From assembly GCA_051294905.1 (NCBI GenBank), contig CM119378.1:9238001-9302000 (forward strand): DNA of 64,000 nucleotides, in the 5' to 3' direction. Shown here in pieces: positions 10,201 through 22,200 of the stretch (position 1 is its first letter; every line of letters begins with the position of its first letter). Below the pieces are notes generated by a model. That model had not been told where the DNA came from, searched no databases, and was given only the letters and a program-made list of their open reading frames with translations. The stretch is from Botryllus schlosseri (taxonomy: Eukaryota). The translations under genes were made by a program, and so were the position numbers.

Positions 10201-13200
10201 AATTTCGACCAAGCCTCAAAGGGGAGCTGCGCTATAAATATGACGTGGTCTCGAATTGAAGTTGAAAGTGTGAAAAGAATTTTGGCTTTCTAAGAAATCC
10301 ACCGTATTCGAACTGCAGCTATAACTTGTTCACGAATGGTCCTATTGTACTTCGTATATCTCTGTGGCATCGATGTCACGTGAAATCGCTACTTAACCCT
10401 CTGCGTACTGCGCGCTTATTTACTGCCACTACTCCGCCGTGGTTCACAAGACACAGCTCCATCATATTATCGACTGAAAACAATATCTATCCCTGTTCGA
10501 TCGCCTCGAAAACGTGAAACATAAAGTACTGCGTGCCACAAATTTTGCAAAGGGTTAAAAGTTAATCAGACCGCATCATATTTAGAGCACAGTACCTTTT
10601 TAATATCACGGCCTCATTGCCGGTGAGGATCTTTTTTATTCACCATCTTTCGAAATGCTACTAGAAATTTGACTATATTTAATTATCGTTGTATGTCATC
10701 GGCAACCCTCTATACCTCAACTTCTCGCGGTACCTCGGTTGTGAAACACTGTTTTAGCCTATCACTATATTCATACCTTGCACCAATTTTCCCCAGATCC
10801 TCCGGCGCAAATGTATGAATCGTGTATCTCAAATGACGACCAGAACGTAGCTTTACACACCGAGTTGGAAATGATTGGCATTTCAGCTTGTCTGAGGTAG
10901 CGCTCCCGGCCTTGTTCTGTCGAGATACCACCAATGTGAATAATGTTTGAACCGGCACATATGCATACCAGCTATCAACACTTACTATTTGCTACCCTCC
11001 GCCCCCATCCGGTGGTAACGCACGGGTGGCCTTCCGCGAATGGTTCTTGATTGTCGCCTAATATGCACGCCAACTGAACAGCGGGAGTCTGTTTTGCAGG
11101 ATACCTGAATGAAATTCAAAATCAAGAATTTTAACCGCTGTGCGGACCCGAGATCTCTATCTGGCTATATCTCATATTGCGGCCGAAGAAGACTCGGCGC
11201 CCTTCGTACATCACATGGACGTCGGAGAGGAACTAAGTGTATTACGAAATTATTTGCTAGCCAGCAAGTTCGTGAGGGATGCAAACGGCTAATTCGTATT
11301 CGTTGTTAGTGCCGTAGAGTTTATGTGGCAACGTTTTTGGTTTGTATTATTCAAGTTGTATCGACCACACTATATCATTTCACATCAGGCCAATATTCTT
11401 TATTATGATTCCCTATCTGCCGACTTGTAGCATGGCCAGCTTGACACCGCTGGCGGGATAGCTTGTAGTGGTATAATCCACAACTGCATCACCAACAGAG
11501 TACTGGTTCGAGTTGGGGTGTGTCTCCGCTGTAACTAGGATAACATGTCTGGGTTATGTCCGGGTGTGCTTGAACTGCGTTGTGACTAGGATATCATACC
11601 CGTACGTGTTGCCCTTATGTAAACGCAGTCAAAATGCACCTCAGACATACTCAAGACATGATGTCTGAATGACAACGCAGTCCCAACATACACTAGACTT
11701 ACCACAGACATGATGTCCGGGTAGAAATTCAGTCCAAACACGCGTTAGACATACCCCAGACATGATGCCTGAGTAACTACACAGTCCCAACACACTCCAG
11801 ACATAGCCAGACATGATATCCCGGTGGAAACGCAGTTCAAACACAAATTACACATACCCCAGATATGATGTCCGACTGACAAAGCAGTCCGAGCACACTT
11901 CTGTTCAGACATAACCCAGACATGATGTCCAAGTTACAGCGCAATTCCAACACACCTCGGACATGGTGAATTTTACAGTAAAAACACCGTCCGATGACAC
12001 TTTCAGACATATCCCAGACATGATGTTCAACTGACATAGCAGATCGAATATACTTCAAACATATCCCAGACATGATGTCCGAGGGACAACGCAGTATGGA
12101 CACACTTCAGACATGCCGCATACATGATGTTCGAGTGATAACGTAGTCCGAACACACTCCAGACATACACCAGTAATGATGTCCGGGTATAGAGTCGGTG
12201 AAACATGTCATTGCAGAGCCGTGGGCCTATACCATAGGTTCCTTCATAGAAGTTTGACGTTGGAGTTTACTGTATGGCTATCCAGCATTGGGCCATTCCC
12301 TAGATTCCTCTAGATCAGTGGCTCTCGAACTGGGGGTGGCGGGAAAGCACCTGAGGGGGACGCGAAGCCGCCCAAGAAAAAATATGTTCCTTGAACTGAG
12401 AGAGTTTAGATTGTACTGAAGCTTTCAAGTTCAACAACGGCAATATTTTTAATTATATTACGAATTTAAATTTCATAATTGCGTCGTATCATACATACAC
12501 CGATGTTAGATTTTGACAGTCACCGGATCTTGATGCATTTATGATCGGTCTGCATGTCTGCCGAGCATCTGTGCAGAGTGCGTAGAAAGGCACAAAGTTA
12601 TGAATGAATATGATATTTGCTTATATAAGGTCATGTCATATGCCATGTATAATAGCCTATCTCTTCCGAATTTAAGATACAAGGTTGAAGGTCAAAATGG
12701 CTTACAAGCTACAGTCGCAATATTCACTCCGAGTACACTTGATTAGGGTACATTTTGTAGAATGCCACTCGTAAGAAGCACATTTTATGGCTGTTCAAAA
12801 GTACTCAATTGAATTAATCTCTCGTCGAACACCTGCGATTCATTGAGCCAAATTGTTTTCCCCGTGAAGCTAATCTCAAGTGAGTAAGAGATGGGATTAG
12901 ACACCAAAATCTCAAAAATATCTGTAAGCTAAGTGCTACCATTGCACATGATTATTTTTGACAAAATATTCAACTGATATTTTTCCCGCTCGGCGCGATT
13001 TACCTGTTTCTCTGTGTATCGTTCGAATTTTATATTTCACAACGGTCATAAAGCTTACATGCCATCAAACTAGGCGCTGGAATTGCAAACATTCTGGCTG
13101 TTGTTTCTAATGTTTTTGATATTACGATAATGGAGGACGCTAAATTTTCATTATCATCAATGGGGGGGGGGGTGTCTAAAAAAGTTTGAGAGCCACTGCT

Positions 13201-16200
13201 TTAGATGGGTTTACCACAGGACCATGCGTATGCAGTATGCACTCATTGCACTGATGAAGTATAGAATAGGACCCTATATGGGTCCCTTCATAAAAGTTTA
13301 AACCATAAGTTTACCATGCATATACAATACACGATAGTAGTTTAGGTCCTATATAGGCTATTCTAGGCTAGGGTTGCCATACGTCCGGAATTTCCCGGAC
13401 ATGCCCGGAATTTCACTGTTCAAACTAGCGTCCGGGAGGAATTTCTAAAATATGCCAAATGTCTGGAATTTTGATGTAGGTTCATAATTTTTTTCGTAAA
13501 TCAGCATAAAAACAATATAGTTTGGGAATATTTATGCTGATGTATGATATTCTTCTTCGGTATATTCCTAGAGATCGTTAAGGCCGTTTAAATGCTTTAT
13601 TCAAAGATTGTGATTCTAAACGGGGGGGAGGGGGGTCGTTTGCCTTTATTCTGGGGTTTGCGAATATGTTAAACGTAATCAGCTTCCGAAATAGCCCGTG
13701 AGTAAGTCTGGGCAAAGGTGCTGACTTTTTTTAGTAATCAGCTCGTAGAATTTTGATCTGGGCCACGGAACATTTTCAGATTGGAGTTGGAGTCGCGACC
13801 ATAAAAGGTTGGAAACCACTGGATGTGGGGTGTTTATAAAGCTCCGTGGTGCGCACCGGCATAAGGCTGATTAACAATCTTATCGGTAGGACATGAATAT
13901 GACTTAACGATGTGCAATTACCCTCCCAGTATTTTCGAACTCATCAACCTCCACCAGCACTACCGCTAACTCTGATCATGTGGGCGGGGAGTAGTATCTA
14001 TATAGTAATATATGGAACGACCAATATTAATGACAGAATTCATTCAAATAATTTAACGACCAGAGGCATGCAGAAACCAGATTCATATAGCAAGCCCCCC
14101 CCCCACACTTCAGGAGTTGCATCAATTACCCTATAGTGTGGGCTCAAAATCATTGTTTATTTGGGCGGGAGGGGGCTGAAAACATGTGCTTTCGGTTCCG
14201 GTTACACAGCACACAGCCACATACTCCTGAACCGAACCGTGACCACCTCTGGTCCACGAGCAAAGCTTTGCTGGTGTGACGTCATAACTCATTTTGAAAT
14301 CCACTAGTGGGCGCTAAAGAGTGTCCGGAATTTGGGTTGCTGAAATATGGTAACCCTATTCTAGGCCCCTCGTACAAGTTTAACACACGAGGTTACTGTA
14401 CGACCATCATGCACATATCCTACAGCAGGGTGGACAACTTTTCCAGTTGGCATGCCTGCTATGGGAAGATGAAGTACTTGGCGGGAAGGATTCCTGAATC
14501 GATCGATTAATCGCGTATTTCTCCACCTATACTAGGATTAAATCGTAGTTAATGTGATTTTAAGTTTGAAGCATAGAGACCAAAAACAGCATTTAATAAA
14601 TGTAATGTACTTCAATTGCTGTTGAAGTCACTTGGATATCTGCGGTCGATCAAAGTTGTCAACAAGCTCTTTGAACTCTGGCGGCATGTTAGACGTATAA
14701 AGCCATAGTATAAAGACTGCACGTGAACATCAGGTAAATCAGGGCTCTTCAACCGGGTGCATCGTACACCCTAGCGCAGGGGTGTCAAACATACGGCCCG
14801 CGGGCCTCATCCGGCCCGCCAGAAGATTTCATCCGGCCCGCGAAGCAATTCTGAGTAGATTGAAACATTCTTATATTTTCCAGCACATTTGTAACAAATG
14901 TTGAGACTTTTTCGCAGGAAATACTTCCATGTTCATCCCCATTATAAGAACCCAACTGCGGCACTGTGGTTCACTCTAGTTACCACTAGTAAAAAGTCGG
15001 TGAAAATGACATCCAATTTCAAGAAGTCAAAAAGTGCACACCAAGTTTAGAGTTTTATACAAATTGGACCAAAAGCAGTTATTCATTTTCGACCCAATAG
15101 ATTCCCAGACATGAGAGAAACCGGACTCGCGATTTAATAATTATAAACCCAATTCCAACGTCCACGGTTCCCATAAAATATCTTGTATTCTTCACAATGC
15201 ATATATGTAGGGCTGGCGCCAGATTACGACTAAATCAAACGGAGCATAGAATATGCCAACTTATATCGTCGTTAACCAACGCCACTGTTTTAGCGGTTCT
15301 TGACTGTATTCACCCGTATACTCATTGTATTTTTGCCAATTCCATTGTTCGCGAATAAAGGTGTTGCGACTTGCTACTTTGAAAACCCTATGATCCATGT
15401 ATTATCTATATATGTATTCAAGAGAAAAGAAAGAGCACGGGGTAACATTTTGGAATCAGTTGACTGGTCCGGGCCGCGAGCGATTTGACGGCTTGAATTC
15501 GGCCCGCGACGCAATTTGAGTTTGACATCCCTGTCCTATAGGGTGTACCAAAATTCTAAAACGATGTACCACTCAAATGGGGTGTACTGGCGTGTGCCAG
15601 ATCCGCATTAAAATGTACTAATGACTAGTTTAGCTATCACAAAAAATAGACAAGTTTATGCTCCAGAATATGTTGACGGGGTGCGCAATATCATACTATG
15701 TTCATGTCAGCAGTATACACAGCTTGTAGATTACATTCCTTTTGCGATGTCGTACGCAAATGCATCTCCTCATCATTTAAACATTGGCAATGGACTTATT
15801 GGCACCTTTTGGAGTAGAACAGGGTGGAGTTGACATCTGTTCAGCTTGCGATATCTGTCTATATAATGATTCATGAGGAAACAATACCGCGAGAGCTCTG
15901 ACATTTCGAATTGGTACTTCCTGCGAGATGCTTATAAATAGCGCCGTTTGTTTGTTTGTTTGTTTGTTTTTGAGACATTCATGGCAGACTTGTACAAACT
16001 ACTGGGTTTTCACAAAGCGCAACTAGAACTATGACTATAGAACTACTCAATTTTTAAAACTCGCAACCATAACTATAACTACAACTACCCGATTTTAAAA
16101 ATCCGCAACTAGAACTAGAACTAGAACTAGTCAATTTTCAAAATCCGCAACAACAACTAGAACTACAACTACTCAATTTTCAAAATCAGCAACTAGAACT

Positions 16201-19200
16201 AGAACTGGAACTACTCAAAAAACCGTTAGTTAGATGACCATCAACTAACTAAATCAGTAGTTTTTAGAAGTCTGCCTGAGTAGCTTTACTGTTAGTCTTA
16301 CAGATTACAACACGTATGGTATGCACACATGTGGGAGACTTTTGCTTTGTGACTCACTGGAAATTAGGGGTTACCCGAAGGCTTGTAGATTAGCGTAGGA
16401 TAAACTGGGCATTTTAAGGCCCACGGACCAAATACGGACTACGTGAGAAGTGCGGAGAAAATTTTGAAGAAAAATAAAAGCTGTCCCAAAAGACCCTACT
16501 TCTTGGTGATTAGCGAAATAATTTGGATTCACCTTCGAGCTTTATCCATTTTAAAAACTGTTGTTTCACTTTTTACAAGAAACATGATTATAAAGATGCA
16601 CATCAAATCATTCAGCTTGTCATGAAAAATGATATTATGTGCCACTTTTGGCACGCCTTCCAGGGGTAGCCGATCTCTGGCGTATTCTACATTCATAATA
16701 AAGTCCATATGACAATATAGCATGGGTATATTCAAGTTGGGATTATGACTTGAGCACGCATTCATTCGGCTGAAGCTGCGAGAAGGCTAATTCGGAAAAC
16801 CTGCCAGCGAAATTACTAAAACAACGGGACGATTTTACCAATAAGCTACACACCGCTCGGGATAGTGACCAATCTGTTACATCCCATACATTTAGGTGTC
16901 TTCTAGAAGGACGTGTCTATGGGTTGGTATGATTAAAAAGAGTTGACCCAGTTTCTTGTTTCTCGTTTTGAATAATTATGTGGAATAAATATTATATTAG
17001 TACTTTGACTCTAAATTCCTAATTGCCTAAAACGCTAAAAGTAACACCCCCCCCCTCCACAAGCTTGTGTTAACCGCGTAATTCATTTTATTCAATTTAA
17101 AAATTATTAGAAATAGATACATCGCCGAATATAATGTAAACTTTTGACTTGACTAGCCAACGTATTTCCTGCCTGTCATTCTCAGAAAATAGTTGTCCGT
17201 CTGTGACGTAGGGGTTCCCAAGTCATTGAAGGTTTAGAACCGTACAGAACTGGATTTCATTCTCCTAGCCAACACATTAATTTCTATTTTAACAGAAATA
17301 TCTGACGTTGAATCGATATTTGAAAAGAACGGGGTTTCGAGTTTGAAATGGGAGAGATTCCTACCCAAAAAAGTCACCTGCTGGCAACGCCACTGTTAGC
17401 AGTGATGGCTCTGAGCGAGCAATGCCAGCACAAACATTATTCAACAGAACACCGGCATCTCAATTCGCCCAAGACAACGACACGTGTTTTCTGGTTGTTC
17501 GGCCACTAATATTTTTTTCAAATGTGCAACTATAACTATAACTAGAACTACTGATTTTTCAAAATCTGTAACTACAACTAGAACTAAAACTACTCATTTT
17601 TCAAAACCCGCAACTAACTAGAACTAGAACTACTCAATTTTTAAAATCAGCAATTAGAACTAGAGCTACCAAAAAATCGTTAGTTAGTTGACCATCAACG
17701 AACTAAATGCTTAGTTTGTACAAGTTTGATTCATGGTGTTTTTCGACTATACTATTGTCATTTACACCAGGCCGATATTCTTCCTTTTTATTCCGTAACT
17801 GCCGATTGATAGCAGGGCCCACTTCTAGGCTTTTAGCAAGACCCCGCGTACGCGGAGGAGGTTGCGAGGAGGAGCCCGAAAAACAAATTGCCACGTAAGA
17901 TTGCTTTGCAATTTCTTGTGGTTAAGCCATAGGATTCCCAGCTCTTCTCGTCTCGTGGACCCCTTCGGAAGATATTTGAGCCAAAATTAATAATAAATAG
18001 TACGCCTTTAAGCCGTCCTGCAGCGTGATCTTCGGGTCTCCGTTACGGGCATGTTTTAAACGAATGTAATAAACTGCGTACCTCAGCTTGATAAGAGCAA
18101 TGTCGTTATGATTGTACTTTGCAACTTGAAAGTTGTTCCGCAGGAAGATTGCGTCGACTAACCTCTCCTGCTCCGTACCCTCGTCGTCAAAGAGGTCATA
18201 GTCTCCCAACACGACATCGTGTAGGTCTCCGCTGAAACCACAAAGCTATTAGGTTCTCAACCGCCGGTCCGTGGCAAATTTCCTACTGGTCCGCCAAATA
18301 TATTATAATTTAATATCTCAAATCCAAAATGCAAGAAGTTGGATGCTTTTACATTAATTATAGAAATAAAATATAAACTTGGACATTGATTCAGAAGTTT
18401 GGAACGCATGTTTTGCAAGGTGTCGCATTATAGATAGCTCTTACGTCAAAATGGTACAAGTGTTGTACGAAACTGTTTCAAAATAGCCTACAAAAGTTAT
18501 ATGTGAAAGCTACGGAGACTTGTAAAAGAACTTCGTCAAATTCCGACAGTGCAAGTAAGCGACACTTGGTAGCATAATAAAGGCTATAGCCAAGAGCAAA
18601 GCCGCATTTCTTTCAAACGATTGCGAACAATCAAAATCAAATTATTGATCTTTAACAGGGTTTCGCGAAGTTCGCCTTCCAGAAACTTCAATCCAACCAC
18701 ATATAAATATATAATATGAAAATGCAGAAGTAACTGAAGTTTCCAATATTACATTTGAGTTGCATACATATATTGTATTTATTGTACATTTTGTTTTTTG
18801 AAGGTTAACCTGTCCGCAACATATGTTTTGAAGCTTCATTGGTCAAAAAGGTGTAGACTAGCCAATGATCTAGTGAGTGTTTCTAAAAATTATTTCCGGT
18901 CAGGAGCCACTAATTGTTTTTTATGCTTCATTGCGTACCACGTGGCCCCTGGATAACTTATGTTAGTCTTGTTGTAGGCCTTATAGTATAGTAGTAACAC
19001 CATTAAATCGCATGAAAACACTATTTTATGCGGAAGATGCAATTGTTTCTTCTGTGCTAGCTTGTTTATCCGGAGCATACTGCATTACTGACTGCACAAA
19101 AGAGATCTTGTCCAGCTGACTTTGACGATTTCAGCTCTTGGACTTCATGGCCATCGAAGCCGAGATCCCTCGGGCACACTCTCATCTCAAGGCAGGGATT

Positions 19201-22200
19201 TTGAAATTAATTTCATTCTGCGCTGTTCGAATTAGGTTACTGTTAGACAGCCTGGGCTTTATGTCCGTCCGTGTTCGAAAGTGTTTTCGCACAAACCACA
19301 CCAGGCAAACATTATCCTGCGTAATCGATAGCGATGAATCGATACTTCGTGTATTATGGATTATACGCTCCTTTCCCTTTCGACATGGTAGAAATTAATC
19401 ATGCTTAGTACACTGATGAATTAGTCTATTAGCCGAGTAGCCTGGTTAGCCAATCTCACCAGTCACTTGGCTTTCTCGGAAACGAATTTGATGTGACGCC
19501 ATAATACCGACGTGACATAGTTGCACGGATGAAGTGGTACTTTAATTGTGAGTTTACAGTGTTTAAGCTGTTGCAAAGAACAGCAAATTGTAGACAAATT
19601 ACAAATAAAAATTGTTTAAGCTCTCGCATGCCACTAGCGGTGGGCGTATCACATTCTGATAACCACCGATCAGGTGCCGGGATTCTACTACTCTTCCGAA
19701 TACAGCAGAAGCAGGTTAATTCAATGTACAAGAACATCATCGGTTTCCAATGATATCGATACTTACAGGTATGGGCAATGGGCTGCTGTTATCACCCAGT
19801 ATCGATCGATAAGTGTTCCTCCACAAAAGAAGTGAGCTGCGGGATTAGCGCTGGAGTCGGTGATGTAATATGCTACCTAAAATAAATGCCGCAATAGTAG
19901 TTGTCGACTAACGGCAAAACCTGGCCCCATTCATAAAATAGAAGGTAAAAGATGGCTCAAAGTCAATGTGCTATTGTTTGATTGTACTAAACGTACGGTT
20001 GCGCAAATCGGGTCACCGGATTTCTGGGTTGAAACGTATTATTTGATAGCGCTGATATTTTCATTAATATATATTAATTGGCTGAACAATATTTAACCCT
20101 AACTCATCTCAACGTGTAAAAACATACGGGCCGACCTCGGTTCGACAATTGCAAACTCCGTCTGGGCTTCTATTCGACCTACAAGTAACGCCATCAGTTT
20201 GAATTCAATATCATATTGTTTGTGGGGTGCTCTATCCACGATAGTCGATATGCTATTGCCTCGTATAGTGAGGAAATGTCAGCATAAGCAATTCAGTGTA
20301 CCTGCCACGGATAGTTTCGAGGACTGGCCCGCGCTCCCCCGATTATTTTCTTGGTAGATCTTTTCCTCCTGCTTTGCGACGTCCTTAAATGTCAAGTCAA
20401 ATTTCTTGACAAACGACTCATTTGTACAGGTAACGAATTTACTGCAACTCGAATCCCATCGGGTATTAGTGAAAAATACAGCACAAGCTATGGATATATC
20501 AAATGCGGCTGTTACATTCCGATAAAGTTGATCGAGTGATTCAATGCAAAGCCGTAGATAAGTGGAAGTACGCAGCATCGGAATTACTAATGCTTACAAT
20601 GATAACGTGACCAGTTCAGATGACGTCACAAACGTCGGAGTCTCAATGTTTTCCCCTCGTAAGCCACTAAACACAATGATTTACTTGATTAGACAGGATT
20701 TCGTTAGATATCACAATCCTCCGCGGCGCAAATTGCAAAGTTCTCTATAGTTTAATATAGGACTTATATTTCTCGTCATAATGTATTTTTATGCAAAAAC
20801 ATCTAACCGTTTATTTCCTCGCATCATCTCCCAGTCTCTAGCGGAGACTTTGTGAGCTTTCCCGTGCGACTTCACGACGAGCTTCTTTACTTCCAGAAAT
20901 TCGTAATCTCGCGATGACAAGTGTTCCTTTTTCATACTTTTGACTTTCCCGTGAAGCTTCAGAATGTCTATCATTTCTTCATCATGATATCCATCGTTGA
21001 AGTCCCCGGCGCTTCTTCTCTTCCGAGCTGAGTTGGTGACCACACTTCCCTGGTAATTCGTAGTATTAGGCGTCATGGAAGGACGGCTAACGAACCTAGG
21101 ATGCTTTAGGTTTAGCCATACCGTTTGGTTGAGTGGTAAATTCAACGCTTCCGTCCAAGAGTTGTTGGGATGTTTAGGGGATTGTCCTCTTACCTATATG
21201 TGATTCATAGAAAGAAATCAGGGCGCTTCTTCGATATACCACGAGATCAAACATTTCAAAGTTTATGAATGGAAAAATTAATTGTTTTTCGTGTTGGGAT
21301 TGGAATGGGATTAGAGTTGTGGGTTCTGGATGTTAGGGTTGGAAGTGGGTTAGGGTTATGGTTTTGGTTAGGGTATATCAATAGTAGGGTTGTGGGAAGG
21401 GATATCATGGTTGTGAGTGTGAGATATTGGAGTTGGGGGTTGCGGACGTTAATCCGGGGATTTTATCACCCCTGACCCTAAATCCCTCACGCCCAACCCT
21501 AATATACGTCCTTCACACATTCCTAATATCTGTCATCCCCGAACCCTAATATCTCTCACCAACAACCCTGATATTGGGATACCCTAACCTCAACCCTAAC
21601 CCACTCCCAACCCTAATATTCCGTACCCAACACGAAAAGACAATTTATTTTCCCGTTTATTTAATTTTGATATGTTTGATCTCGGGGGTATATCGAAGAA
21701 GCGCTGAAATCGGTTGATTCACCAAAGTAGTCTTGTACCCTGAAGATCCACGGCTAGATATTTGGTGTATTTATCTGATTCCCACGATAGTGTAGGGTGT
21801 AAATCAGGTAAACGGCACTTTCCGGTACCATACACTTTTGGCGAAAAGAGTGTGTATTGACACCTAAGGGGCCAAAAAGGTGTTACGCGAAGACAGAACA
21901 TAACTCAGAATTATATCGCGGTTATAAACTGTACATGCCTACGTGCATACCTTCCTACGTTCCTATTTAAATGCACGAATTGGATTAAAATATCTTACTC
22001 GATTTGTACCGCGGTATAAGTCTGAGATAGCTTCAGGTGTCGTGTGCCATGGGTATATATATTCACACCCATATATCAGAAGTATTAGACTGGCTGAAAT
22101 ACATATCAGTGTACTGCTGTGCTCTTACATCCATTAGAATGGGGTGAGAACCGGTCAAATACACATATCGTTATGGAGATACATATGCCAGGGTGTGGTG

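Noticed and set aside
11640-12190. CRISPR-like repeat-spacer array
   Set aside because: The context is eukaryotic, whole units are degenerate copies with no unique spacers, and there are no cas genes.
20279-20578. 99-aa ORF as a coding exon
   Set aside because: The true exon (IIGG...PWQ) is in another frame and covers only 20302-20383.
21280-21640. True telomere-fusion scar
   Set aside because: The repeats are highly degenerate and enclosed by TIRs, which fits a transposon better.
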